The notes: a model not told the origin generated them from the sequence alone. Positions 10,701-22,573 are shown, counted from the stretch's first letter. The stretch is DNA of 64,000 bases from Anthoceros angustus (GCA_010909165.1 VJWM01000044.1:1178001-1242000); one strand, 5' to 3'. Translations and numbers: made by a program.

Positions 10701-12191
10701 TGTCAGCTTTGCGGGCAACATGGGCTGCTGCCTCAAGGGCTTCAATTTCTACCTTGAAGGCGACTTTGGCTATCTCGTCCCTCGCTTCAGCTGCAGCCTT
10801 CAATGCCTCTACAGCACGCTTCGTGTTTTTCTCCCGTTCAGCTGCAGCTCTGTCTGCAGCTTTGTCCACCTCCTCAAGTGTCGCTTCCGCTGCAGCGAGC
10901 CTACTCTCTGCAGAAAGTGCTCTAGCCTCAACAGCTCTCAGCTGAGTAGTCAGGCGCTCCGTTTCGTCCGTTTTCAATATCAACTTGCGCTCCAATTCAA
11001 GTCTGGCCTCCTGAAGCGATGCAGCTGTTGCCTCGGCATTGGCCAGATTGCCGAACACTGCCAGCCTCTCCACCAAGGCAGCCTCGGCTTTCCTTGCATG
11101 TTCCTTAGCCTTCTCCGATGCCTCCGTAGCTTCTCGGATGGCTGCTTTGGCTCCACTTACCACGGACTTAGCTGCCTCGTCTGCGGCTCTCCTGATCTTC
11201 TCTTCCAGCTGATACGATGCATCAGCGGCAATTGTCTCTGCGGCCGCCAATTTCAGCTTCGCATCCTCAGCCGATTGACTGCTGGCTTCGCGGACAGCTC
11301 GTTCCGTGATCCTCTCCACCTTGAGTGCTAGCTCAATAGCTTCACTCTTTGCAGTCTTCAAGTCAGATTCCAAAGCCACCTTCTCTCGCAGCACTGCCTC
11401 CCAATCGGATTTGAAGGCTGCTCTTGCAGCTTCTATCTCAGCGATGGCTTTCTCCTTGGTCTCCATAACCGTGGCACTGAGCTGCTGAGCTTTGGCCTCT
11501 GCTGCAGCCGCGGTTTGAATGGCATCCATTTGAGCATTTTCCAAAATATTCGCTCTCTGCTCTGCCGCAGCCAAGGCCGATCTGAGACTCTCCACCTCGT
11601 CTGCATTTGGATAACCTCGATCAGAAGCAGAAACACCATCATGATCGGAAGACAAAGTCCTCTCGGAGGTGTTTGCAGTGCCACCCTGTGTGAAACAAAA
11701 ACCTTCCGCTGTCAGGTATGAAGCCCGTGGATGACAAAAAGAGCAGAAACTGCAGGAGCATACGGAAGACTTAGTTTCCACCTCGCCCGGAGAGACAAGC
11801 AGACGTGAACCGCGTCTCAGCCGAGCATCCTTCTTTATGGTACGTGCGCTCCTGCAATCGGCGTCAAACGAGGATAAGAAGAGAGGAAGGAAGCCTGAAT
11901 GGAGGCAAACTAGACTGAAAACTGACCTCACCTTTCAACCAGCAAGGGGGGGTTGGTTGGCCAAGCTGAGGAGCCAGAATGCCGTGCCAAAGACGTATGA
12001 ACAACACAAGGAGAGTGTCGCGAAGGAGTCACATGCGAAAGAGCAGCCACAGCAGTTGCCCTCAGCACATCAGGCCTACAAGCCGGAGAGCTCACGGCCA
12101 TGACCTGTGGCACACAGGAGGAGAGGGAAGAAGAGCCTGAGTGAGTCCTCCACGACACAGGCCAGGACCGACTGTAGAAGCAGCTACTCAT
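7798..12191 (-). CDS. Alpha-amylase (GH13) with transit-peptide-like N-terminus and long coiled-coil extension, multi-exon
   Basis: Exons give [71 protein letters not shown] and C-terminal WERT*. Large exon 10149-11851 is an Ala/Glu/Lys-rich coiled coil; 32-nt micro-exon at 10017-10048. Start ATG 12191 is tentative. Confidence 0.92.
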
Positions 12192-13802
12192 GCCACTCGT
12201 ACAAACCACAGCAGCTCTCTGTGCCAAGTTAGGAAATCCTGCGAGTCGTGCATCGGGTCATGAGCTAGTTCATCCACAATCTCGGGAAGCATTCGCAACC
12301 GTATTCCCCGCTGCGAGAAATTCTAAACCACGCCCGGCAGCGGTCCTGGCCGGAAAACTGATCCGAATTCCAGCATTGCCTCTTGCCTGGCCAATTCCAC
12401 CTGTATGCCCCAGGCTTAACGAGATGCTCCCAAAATTCACACTCCGGGAGCATCGAATTGCCTGCCGTACTGCGCTGCCTCATCACATATGCACATGAAT
12501 CCAGAATCTTACCATGTGAGCAGGAGCCGACATCCACCGTCCGTCACGGCAGGCTCTTCTTCGGAAAGCACGCGGTCAAGAGTCCGTCAGCATCTGAGGA
12601 CCGGATGAGCAGGAGGAGGGAACATCCGGCAGCGGCATCTCAGCATTTACTACGACACGACCGAAGAAAAGGCCGAGGGGTGAGCAGGGCGCAAGCATGG
12701 CGTAGGCGTCCCCGGCAGAATGCGAGCTGCAATGCAAGCGCTGTCCTGTGCCCGAGGGGACGGCGGATTGGTAGGAGTGGCTGAATGCATTGGAGCTGGA
12801 GCCTGGGTGGGAGAGGGAGCGGAGGGACAGGAGTGTATTGCCGGAATGATGGCCAGACTTGAGTTTGAGTCCAGTCCAGTCCAGACCGCGGGCGGGGAGA
12901 GGCGAGAGATACCTTTAACCGGCGAGGTGCCTAGTCCAATTTTCACCACCTGCTCCCCTCCGGCTTGCTGTCGTGACGTTATCCAGGGAGGGCAGATAAG
13001 ATGAAATCAGCAGAGGCACTACGGGCACGTAAAATTCGTAAAATCTTGTAGCGACCGGTATCTCGACGTGGTCCCACCCCACAGGCCTAAAGACACCACT
13101 TCTGCTCCAATACCATCGCCTGTAGGATATTTTCGCCCAAGCCTCGTCTACAAACTGTTTATGTATCTCTATTTGGCGTCACCTTGCGCCTAATTCCTGA
13201 TGATCCCTACTTGTAATATCTTGTAGAGTTGTTTAATTTGTACGGGGACGAGGACGGGAGACGGGAGACGGGAGGGAGCCCGACGGAACGGGACGGGGAC
13301 GATTCGGAACCGCGTCCCCTGGTAGCCGTTGTGAACCCTACAAATTAGGCTATCAGCTTAGTGCCCGTTTTCCGAAGATTGTGTGCTCATTTTGAACTTG
13401 TTCTGCGCGGTTTGTACATCAATCTGTTTGCGACAGAGAGACGAATCGAATGGTGTATAGCATACTTGATTCTGACGAAAAATGAGAACAAACCAGGACA
13501 AAAACGGTAGGCCGGAATAAGAGTCCAGAAGAATCGTTTTCAAATTGTGCAGTCCATATTTCACGTCACCAGGCGTAAGAGGGCTCGCTAGGATGCGCTC
13601 AACAGCATGAGTCTATTGGTATTTTTGCAGAATTGTAGAATGCACATAGTGATTGGAATCATCTACAACATAATTTATGATAATATTTATAAAGAATGCG
13701 GAGGGTGAGTTGAGTAATGCCGTCACACAGCTTACCTCGAGTCTTTGTATGGGCATTCTATTACCGCAAACCCATGGATAGAAGTCCACCAATACACCGT
13801 GG

Positions 13803-13874
13803 TGGTAGTAGTTCATCAATATACTAGTTGAGGTAAGATGGTAGTAGTTCATCAATATATTAATTGAGGTAAGA
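13803..13874. repeat. 36-bp direct tandem duplication
   Basis: TGGTAGTAGTTCATCAATATA(C/T)TA(G/A)TTGAGGTAAGA x2. Confidence 0.9.
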
Positions 13875-13952
13875 ACTCCCTAGCTAAGCAGCCTGCGGGT
13901 GAGTCAGTATTGGGATGTGGTGTGTCCGCTTGGTGGTTTGAAAAATTTGCAA

Positions 13953-14157
13953 GAATGTTTGCTTAAATGTTTGCTGGAATGTTTGCTTGGATGACTGAAT
14001 GTTTGTTTGAATGACTCAATGTTTGTCTGAATGACTAAATGTTTGCCTGAATGCCTTGCCTGCATGTTTGCCTGAATGCCTTGCCTGGATGTTTGCCTGA
14101 ATGCCTTGCCTGGATGTTTGCGTGAATGTTTTCTTGAATGTTTGCCTGAATGCCTGT
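13953..14157. repeat. Degenerate 12-13-bp minisatellite (GAATGTTTGCCT / GAATGCCTTGCCT)
   Basis: Read directly; reads as (KHSx)n on the minus strand. Confidence 0.85.
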
Positions 14158-14893
14158 GTAATGACCCTATGCCTGTTGGCCCTTTCTGTCTGACCTTACA
14201 ATTTTTTACCCCATGGCTTGTTCTGTTTTTTTTACCCAATGGCTTGTTCTATCTGTGGATTCCGCGGCGATGTGTATCATGTGTGAAGGCAATTACTATA
14301 GAGTTAGGCTTGGATGAAGGTGAAAGTGAGGACATAGAATTCGACGCGTCGGGGATGAGGGAAATGACACATCGTACTTGTCCTTAGAGAAGGAGGAGGA
14401 CGAGCTTGCTATCGGAATGCAGGACATGGTGGATGGGAATGTGCACACGAGGATAGCGAAGATGAGGAGCAGGATGCAAGCGGGTTGAAACCCAAGGTGC
14501 GCATGGCATATCACCGGAGGGTGAAGGAGTTGGTGGACAAACGAGTGACTCTCATGACTCCTTGGTGAGCACACTCAACGGCTTTGCAAAAAGAGCTCGT
14601 GAGCGCAAAGGCTGCAGAGTTCCCGAAGATCGAGGATATGGATGTCGTCTGGGCAGGTTTTCTCAATGCTCCCCCACGCGAATCACAATAGAGAAGAGGG
14701 TGCTAGGATGGTAGCAGAATTGGAGCCAGATTGTCGTCTTCAGTGTCATCAATGGCCACAGGTGCTCAACCACATGAAAGAACCTAGCAGGTTTCATCTT
14801 CAGCAATTTCTTCCACCTTAAAACATCTGAATTTGCATATCAAAAAGCACTAAAATCATGCATTGCTTCTTTCTTTTACCCACCAACGTGGAT

Positions 14894-14947
14894 CTTAGCA
14901 TAGGGAGATAAACTTCGTTGCTTAGCATAGGGAGATAAACTTCGTTG
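14894..14947. repeat. Perfect 27-bp tandem duplication
   Basis: CTTAGCATAGGGAGATAAACTTCGTTG x2. Confidence 0.95.
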
Positions 14948-16104
14948 CTACCAAGTTTTGCAACTGATTCACACACGTGAAGAGATGCTTGCCTAAACCT
15001 AGAACCTCATCATCATTCAACATCCATTTGAATCCTAGCCCAACATAGCCAAATGACCTCTAGTAGCCAAACATAAGCTCGTGAATACATATCTACAAGA
15101 TGACCACACAAGTCTGCAAAACTAACATGATCAACAATTTAGTTTGTGGCTCCATCGGTCATGAAGGTATGAGCCTCCCCATCTTCAACACCAATGTGTT
15201 TAGACATATTGAGAACTGGCTAACCTGTCGAGATGTTGGGCACAAAACCTTGTAAGCAAAAGAGAGTTTAGATTTGCCCTCAGATACAATGGAATATGTG
15301 CAAAAAGAAGACCATAGCCGGGTCTCCAACGGGTGACTCGGGGTAATTTCTATTCACTTCAGTTTAATGGCCTGCCCGTGGGATCATGGTTCGTAATTTA
15401 TAGTTCGTTCAGCAGTTCAATTCTATCTTGAAAACTAAACTATCCAAGTTGGAACTGTATTGTCTAATTTTGGCATAGCTGAACTATAAAATTATAATTG
15501 AACTATGAAATTGAACGGGTGTCGGAAACTGCCACTTCTTAGTTCTTAGGGGTCCTCAAAGGATTGGGTCTAAAGGTAACCACAACCAAAGAGGAAGGAC
15601 GATATTTACATATTGTACCTAGTGATTCCAATATTCCAAATCCTGTCCATGAGAAGTCGTTTGGGAAGGCGATTGGGACTGGTGGAGGAGTACATGGTTC
15701 GATTCTCTTACATGATGGAATCGAATATTTCACGAAACGTGTATTGGGAAAGTTAAGTTCGGGTGGTTGGTGTCGCTAACAACTGACCCGCTCAAAGGGG
15801 TTTGTGTTATGAACCCTCGTCGTTCGGCTCTGGTCGGTCTCGTGAACGCGGTCGGCGGGAACCTGGTGTCGCCGTTGGTCTCCCGAGCTGCTCGTTGGCC
15901 TCTGCCGAAAATTTGCCCAGTAGAATTGGTGGTCCGTTGATGATCGTGGCTAGTGCGTTGCATACCTAGCAGCCTTCCGTTCGCAGACATATCCTTTAGC
16001 TCGCAAGGTGACGGAGATCGAAGCATTGATATGTGCGGCTCAGAGCGGAAAGGTTTCTCGATGTAGAATTAGGCCTCTTTAACATAATCGTGCATGATGG
16101 GACC

Positions 16105-19100
16105 TTATTGCAACTCTTGCTGGACGGTTCCCAACATGGTCTTAAGCGTAGCATATATTTGAGTTCTATCGGGGTGATCTTTATCTTCCACTACAAAAGT
16201 GTGTACCTGGTTGTCAGATTCCATCCATGTGAGTCCCAGGTCCCTTCTTGCACCTGCATTTTGCATCATACTATCCACTTCATCAGCATCCTCCCACATT
16301 CCAGCTGCACTGTAAATATTTGACATCAAGACATATGCAGCTGCATTCGTGGGATCCAGTTTTAATATGGATTCAAAACACTGTCGACCCAAGTCCCAGT
16401 TGCCATGGATTCGACAGGCTCCAAGCAAAGACATCCAGACGACAATATCAGGTGTTGACGGCATAGTATCAACGAGGCCTTCTGCCTCACGCAGATGCCC
16501 GGCACGGCCAAAGAGATCAACCATGCAAGCATAGTGCTTCGTCGCTGGAATAATATTAAAGTGCTCAAACATGGATTGGAATATTTGTTGTCCCTCCTCC
16601 AACAAGCCAGCATGGCTGCAAGCGGAAAGCAAGGACACAAATGTCACATCATTTGGCTCCATGCCTTCTTGCAGCATTCTCCGGAACAGTTGCAGAGCTT
16701 CTTGTCCGTAGCCATGCTGGGCATACCCTGCGATGATTGTGTTCCAAGCAACAAGATTTCGCAATGGCAGTCTGTTGAACACTGCGTGTGCATCTACTAG
16801 GCTCCCACATTTAGCATACATGTCAATGAGACTGCTGGCAACAAACACATCTGAGAGATAGCCACATTCTACCACTTGTGTGTGGATTTGTTTGCCTTGC
16901 TGAAGAGCTGCTATGCTGGAACATGCTTTCAGCATGCTTACGAAGGTAACATCGTCGGGTTGCATGCCTACATGTTGCATTTTCTCGGAAAGCTGCAATG
17001 CTTCCTGACCATGGCCATGCTGTGCGTAACCTTTGATCAATGCAGTCCATGATACCAGATCCTTCACCTGCAAGTGGTCAAATACTTCACGTGCATCACC
17101 AACGCTCCCGCACTTGGCATACAAGTCAATGAGAGCATTTCCCACAACCAGGATTGACTCCCATCCATTTTCAACGACACGGGAATGGATCAACTTCCCC
17201 TGATCCAAAGCTGTCATCCTTGAACATGCTTTCAGGATGCTGATCAATGTCACCTCATCTGGACGCACGCCCTCCCATTCCATTCTCTTCCAAAGTTCTA
17301 GGGCTTCTTGACTATCCCCACAGTCTGCACATCCTGCAATCACTGCATTCCATGACACCAAATTCCTAGTTGGTAATTTCTCAAATACTCTCCGAGCATC
17401 AGCAAAGCTCCCACATTTCGCATACATGTCGATCAGGGTGCTGCAAACAAAAACATCAGAGTCAAAGCCACCTTCCATGATCTGCCCGTGAATGAGCTTG
17501 CCCTGGTCCAGACCGGCTATCCGGGAACATGCTTGCAAAACGCTCACAAAGGTGAACTCATTTGGGGGCATGCGTTCCGAACACATATTCCTGAATATAT
17601 CGAGGGCCTCCTCACTATGCTGATGCTGGGCATACCCAGATATCATTGCATTCCAGGATATCCGATCTTTTAATGGTAATCTGTCAAACACTCTGCGGGC
17701 GTCCACGAGGCTGCCAGTCTTGACGTACATGTCAAGGAGTGTGTTGCCAACAAACAAATCGGATTCAAAACCACTTTGTATGATATGCTCGTGAAACAAT
17801 CGACCTACTGCCAGGTCAGCTGTGCTGGAACATGCTTTGAGAATACTTAGATACGTCACTTTGTTTGGGGACATCCCATGCTGCTGCATCATCTCAAAGA
17901 GTTGAAGGGCCTGTACTCCATCCCCATGGTGGGCATACGCGCCAATCATGGCCGTCCATGACACCATATCCTTTAATGGCAAGCTATCAAAAACCATGCG
18001 GGCATCCTCAACGCTCCCACATTTTGTGTACATATCAATAAGTGAGTTGCCAACCATCAGATTTGAGACGAACCCAATCTGCATGGCTTGGGCATGAATC
18101 ACCCTGCCCTGATCCAGGGCTGGTATACTGGAGCAGGCCCTAAGAATGCCAGTCAGTGTGACCTCATCCGGCTGCAGTCCCTCCTGTTGCATTTGCTGGA
18201 ACAGATGAATTGCCTTGTGATGAAGCCCATTTTGGGAGTGGCCAGTTATTATTGCATTCCAAGAAACCAGATCCCGACCTGGCAGTCTGTCAAACACGGA
18301 TTGGGCATCCTGAAGGCTCCCACATCTGGCATACATGTTAATAAGAGTGTTGCACACCTTTGTATCTGATTCACAATCAAGCTCAACTATGCAAGCATGG
18401 ACAAGCTTACCCTGATCGAGCGCCGCCAAGCTGGTGCATGCTTTGAGGACACTGAGGAGGGTGACCTTATTCGGAGGCAAGGACTCATGTTGCATTCGCC
18501 TGAAGAGTTGGATGGCTTCGTCCGATCTCTCATGCTTGGCATATGCAGCAATCATGGCACTCCATGACACTGAATCTCTCGTGGCCAGATGATCAAATAC
18601 TTGGATTGCGTCCTGAATACTTCCACACTTGGAGTACATGTCGATGAGTGTGCTAGCCATAACGGCATCCGAATCAAGCCCATACTTTGCTAGGCAAGAA
18701 TGGACCAGCCTTCCTTGTAACAAGGCATCACTGCAACAACATGCTTTCAGGATAGTCATGAAAGTCACTTTGTCTGGATGCGTGCCCTCCTGTTGCATCT
18801 TCTCCAAGAGCTGAAATGTGGATTGTACATGTCCATCCTGGGCGTAACCTGCGATCATGGCATTCCATGAAACCAGGTCCCTTGATGACAGAGCATCAAA
18901 GACTCTCCGTGCATCTTGAATTCTCCCACATTTCGAATACATGTCAATAAGCGTGTTCCCAACAAACACATTACACTGAAATCCACTCTGCTCGATTTCC
19001 TTGTGAATAAGCTTACCCTGTGCCAGTGCCTCTCTGTTGGCACAGGCCTTGAGGACGGCAACAAATACATGTTCATTTGGCCTCACACCAGAACGTAGCA

Positions 19101-19518
19101 TTCGATAATACAGACTGATTGCCTCGTCAGCTTTGCCATACTTGGCATTCGCTGCGATAACTGCAGCCCATGTGAATAAACCTGGTGCAGCAAGGTTACT
19201 GAATACATCATTCGCATCCTGCAGACCCCCGCACAACGCCAAGATGCGAATCAGGTGGCTGACGAGCAAGGTATTGGACTCAAACCCAGTCCTGACAATC
19301 AGGGAGTACATTCTCCTACAAGCTGGCAAATCTCTACTGTGAATGCACCCTTGCAGGAGATGGTACAAGATGTCCTGCGAGATTTGAAATCCCTCCTGAT
19401 GCATGAGTTCCACGGTCCCAATGGCATCATGAACCCGTCCCTCCTCACCAAGTTTCTCCAGCTCATGCACCGAAAGAGGGAAGCCATGCCTGCACCTGAC
19501 CATCTGAAAGTATTGCAT
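16105..19518 (-). CDS. PLS-class PPR protein, E+ type (~29 motifs, E1/E2, PG-box variant, no DYW core)
   Basis: Nine LIDMYxKCG-type S motifs, CSHAGLL, HYACMVDLFGRAG, ends RRDLGLTWMESDNQVHTFVVEDKDHPDRTQIYATL. The ORF track start (19545) is TTG; first ATG is 19518; an upstream exon is possible. Confidence 0.93.
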   Translation of the reverse strand: MQYFQMVRCRHGFPLSVHELEKLGEEGRVHDAIGTVELMHQEGFQISQDILYHLLQGCIHSRDLPACRRMYSLIVRTGFESNTLLVSHLIRILALCGGLQDANDVFSNLAAPGLFTWAAVIAANAKYGKADEAISLYYRMLRSGVRPNEHVFVAVLKACANREALAQGKLIHKEIEQSGFQCNVFVGNTLIDMYSKCGRIQDARRVFDALSSRDLVSWNAMIAGYAQDGHVQSTFQLLEKMQQEGTHPDKVTFMTILKACCCSDALLQGRLVHSCLAKYGLDSDAVMASTLIDMYSKCGSIQDAIQVFDHLATRDSVSWSAMIAAYAKHERSDEAIQLFRRMQHESLPPNKVTLLSVLKACTSLAALDQGKLVHACIVELDCESDTKVCNTLINMYARCGSLQDAQSVFDRLPGRDLVSWNAIITGHSQNGLHHKAIHLFQQMQQEGLQPDEVTLTGILRACSSIPALDQGRVIHAQAMQIGFVSNLMVGNSLIDMYTKCGSVEDARMVFDSLPLKDMVSWTAMIGAYAHHGDGVQALQLFEMMQQHGMSPNKVTYLSILKACSSTADLAVGRLFHEHIIQSGFESDLFVGNTLLDMYVKTGSLVDARRVFDRLPLKDRISWNAMISGYAQHQHSEEALDIFRNMCSERMPPNEFTFVSVLQACSRIAGLDQGKLIHGQIMEGGFDSDVFVCSTLIDMYAKCGSFADARRVFEKLPTRNLVSWNAVIAGCADCGDSQEALELWKRMEWEGVRPDEVTLISILKACSRMTALDQGKLIHSRVVENGWESILVVGNALIDLYAKCGSVGDAREVFDHLQVKDLVSWTALIKGYAQHGHGQEALQLSEKMQHVGMQPDDVTFVSMLKACSSIAALQQGKQIHTQVVECGYLSDVFVASSLIDMYAKCGSLVDAHAVFNRLPLRNLVAWNTIIAGYAQHGYGQEALQLFRRMLQEGMEPNDVTFVSLLSACSHAGLLEEGQQIFQSMFEHFNIIPATKHYACMVDLFGRAGHLREAEGLVDTMPSTPDIVVWMSLLGACRIHGNWDLGRQCFESILKLDPTNAAAYVLMSNIYSAAGMWEDADEVDSMMQNAGARRDLGLTWMESDNQVHTFVVEDKDHPDRTQIYATLKTMLGTVQQELQ

Positions 19519-19881
19519 CGCGGTTGCCTCGTCTGCATGTAGCAACCTCGGTGAAGGTCATCCCAAGGCCATCAATTTTCAGTACCCACCAAAACAGATA
19601 AAACAGAATGGAATTCGAAAGCTTGCCTGCCTTCTTGCCGCCGCGTGTGCCATGCTCTCTGCTTCGACCTCCGCCTTCAACACCACCGCCATCCGACACC
19701 CCCGTACCACACACACCCCTAACGGCTCGCTGAACGAAATCGTCAACTGGGTACCACCTACGGTTGCATCTACCTGTCTTGCTGAATCTTGCAGCCCTCT
19801 CCAACACCACCAAGGTTACTCCCCATCCCCTTCCCATTCCCGTTTCATTTGCTTGTTGGGTCTTCAAAATACTTGACTACG

Positions 19882-21255
19882 ATGCTGGGCAGGATAGTTG
19901 CCAGGGCCTTGAGGGAAGCGGAGCCGGTGCTCCAAGGACCTGGATGGCGGGCTCTGCAGCTACGCCATTTGGCCAAGCGGGTTATACCTCACGGGCCCCA
20001 TGTCTGGCTCAAGATGGACCGGGAGAAGTGGCAGAAGGATTTGCAATTGGACGCGGTCTGGGACAAGGAGAGGGAGCTGATATATCTGATTGCGATGAAG
20101 GACATTCTGGCAGACCAACCCAAGATGTGCATGTCTTTGAAAGTTCTGACCACCTACAAGAGGTACATCGGTCTGTCAGGGAGGAACATTCGACCTGCCG
20201 CATGGCTGCAACAGTACCCTGCAATGTTCCAGGTTGACGAGCACATGCCCTTCCTGGAGTACCTGCCTGCAGCCGCCAAGGCATTCTTCCAGTTCACCCC
20301 ACGCGCTGCAGAGCATGTAGCAAGGGAGAAGCAGTTCCGCCTCGACAATGAGAAGCTTCTGGTTGACAAGGTGAGGAAGGTGCTCATGATGACACCTGAG
20401 AGGCGGATCCCTCTTGAGGTGTTTGGCCACTTGCGGAGAGAGATCGGCATGAGTGAGGATTTCAGGACCCGGCTGATCAAATATCCCGAGTACTTCCGGG
20501 TGGAGGAGTCAGCTAAAGGACCAGAACTGAGGCTCACGGAGTGGGACCCTGAATTGGCAGTTTCGTCGTTCGAAACGCTTCATCTTGCATGGAATGGCAT
20601 CTCTGAGGATGGCGTTCCCCAGGGTGGTGCCAACTGGTCAACATTCAGGCACAGGGCCAATCTGAAGAAGACTCATCTGAGGGAGTTGATGACGTTCCAT
20701 GAGGCTCCCTTCGTGTCCCCATACCAGGAGACACCTCTGGATGTGAAGGAGAATTCTCTCGAGGCGGAAAAGCATGCAGTGGCTGTGCTGCATGAGCTGC
20801 TGAGCCTGACTTTGCGGAAGAGGATAAATGTGGCCCGTCTGGCACAATACAGGACCATGTTCAAGTGCACCAAAGGAACTAGGTCCGTCATTGTGCAACA
20901 TCCTGAACTGTTTTACATATCGTTGAAGAATGGCCGGGAGACTGTGTTTCTACGGCAAGCTTACAGTAACTCTGAGCTGGTAATCAAGGACCCTTTTCTC
21001 GAAGCTCAGTCATGGGTGGCTGGTTTGCTGGAGGAATCCAAGGATGCCATTAGGGAAGAGAAGGATCGGGTCATAGCGGAGAGAAGGAAAGCTAAGCTGG
21101 AGAGGGAACAGGCGAAGGAAAATGCAGGTGCTGCAATGGCGCAGAAAGGGGATGAGCCAGAAGAGGTGGAAAGTGAATCGGATGTGTCTGATGCTGAAGA
21201 CGTGGAAGGCGAGATGAGCGTCAAGGTTTGTACTGCTCCACATCACGCAGGCTGA
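19882..21255 (+). CDS. PORR (plant organelle RNA recognition) domain protein, intronless
   Basis: VDKVRKVLMM, YPEYF, WDPELAVS, PFVSPY, AEKHAVAVLHELLSLT, HPELFYISLK..ETVFLRQAY. Arg-rich N-terminus after ATG 19882; acidic C-terminal tail. Confidence 0.9.
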   Translation: MLGRIVARALREAEPVLQGPGWRALQLRHLAKRVIPHGPHVWLKMDREKWQKDLQLDAVWDKERELIYLIAMKDILADQPKMCMSLKVLTTYKRYIGLSGRNIRPAAWLQQYPAMFQVDEHMPFLEYLPAAAKAFFQFTPRAAEHVAREKQFRLDNEKLLVDKVRKVLMMTPERRIPLEVFGHLRREIGMSEDFRTRLIKYPEYFRVEESAKGPELRLTEWDPELAVSSFETLHLAWNGISEDGVPQGGANWSTFRHRANLKKTHLRELMTFHEAPFVSPYQETPLDVKENSLEAEKHAVAVLHELLSLTLRKRINVARLAQYRTMFKCTKGTRSVIVQHPELFYISLKNGRETVFLRQAYSNSELVIKDPFLEAQSWVAGLLEESKDAIREEKDRVIAERRKAKLEREQAKENAGAAMAQKGDEPEEVESESDVSDAEDVEGEMSVKVCTAPHHAG

Positions 21256-22466
21256 GCTCTGCATTGTTGTGGCAAATGCAAGCATCTTTCACTCTTAAGT
21301 AAGCTGTGCCTGATAGTTATCTGTTGTCAGTTTGTTCTTTCTTTGTAGAACAGAGGTGAGAAAACCTTGTGCTGTTTGCAGAACCCACCTACTTTGCCGG
21401 CCTGCGAAGCGTGAGGGGGGCAGGTTGTGTCCTAAATCCGTTTTGCAAATCGGATGGTTTGTGTTGCAACTTCACGTCCACAACCCTTCTACTCTGGTCC
21501 TGCTTCTCGTGGAATCAAGCGGAATGCCTGGTAAGTTATTCGTTGCTCGTGATTCTACTTTTCCATGTGTTCCATGAGATCGTACTTATTGCTTTTTTGG
21601 CGTCTGCCATATCTTCGAAGACGCAGCCGACAAAGAGTTGCCATTTATGACAGCAGAATTGCTGAAGAGAGTTTGTTGGGTATGCGGGCATGCAGATGAG
21701 ATGAGTTCTGGCTGCATCAAGACTCCGACGAGGAACTGGAGTCACCTACATGATATTCAAATGCTAGGCTTGAACCCTTGCACACAATGTTTGGCCTGGC
21801 TAGTATGTGTAAGGGGTCGGCCTGGCTCGTATGTGCAACGGCTCGGCCTAGAGTGTATGTCCAACGGCTGGACTGTGGCAGGGAAACTCTCGATTTTTCC
21901 TTCGTGGGCAACATGTTTGAAATGTGGGTTCCATGCAAGAGAGTCGGTGCAGCGGCCTGAACCAGTGTGTGGCGCAACCGATTCATACGGGCAATCTGAC
22001 TCGGTACCTACATATGTATTGCCAAAAGACGTACTTTCGTTGAAGAGGCGTACTGCTTGTCACCTGCACCCTCATCGCATTCACTCGCACAAATAATCTG
22101 CAACAAACAGTGTTTCACTAGTGTGCAACCAAAACTGTTACACTAGCTAGTGTGCAACAAATAGTGTCCCAACCTCCTTGGATTGTCTTGAGAAGCAGGT
22201 GTTGTTCCCCTCTGTACAGTCTACAGACATACAGTGTTCGGTTCTCCTGTGATGTGTTCCACGAGTGTGGACTGATGTCGATGAATGAGCCATGAGTGAT
22301 GAGGACTCTAGTTTCCGTGGAAGCACAGTCGCCAACAGCATCTCGTCCTGGATCTGGTTATTTCCGTCATACATACATTATGGTACCTGGGGAAGCAACA
22401 TGGTGGGGTGTCGGACAGGATGTAGGACAAGATATAAATACTTACTTGCAGATGTCGGAGTACGTG

Positions 22467-22547
22467 GTCAACATGGCCGAGTGGTTAAGGCGTCAGACTC
22501 GAAATCTGATGGGTTCGCCCGCGCAGGTTCAAATCCTGCTGTTGACG
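22467..22547 (+). tRNA. trnS-CGA: tRNA-Ser(CGA)
   Basis: Acceptor stem GTCAACA/TGTTGAC, D-loop GAGTGGTTAAG, anticodon arm TCAGA-CTCGAAA-TCTGA, long variable arm, T-loop GGTTCAAATCC. Confidence 0.97.
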
Positions 22548-22573
22548 TAGATACACACGGTATAACAGACAAA

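Noticed and set aside
12265-13004. Short ORFs upstream of the amylase as a separate gene or first coding exon
   Set aside because: Several start at GTG/TTG, none shows recognisable homology; more likely 5' UTR or promoter.
16248-19542. Many short ORFs antisense or out of frame within PPR genes (also 3139-7222 and 34217-36491)
   Set aside because: Shadow ORFs of repetitive coding sequence.
22296-22302. GTGATGA box C suggesting a C/D snoRNA beside the tRNA
   Set aside because: No box D (CTGA) at a suitable distance or terminal stem seen.
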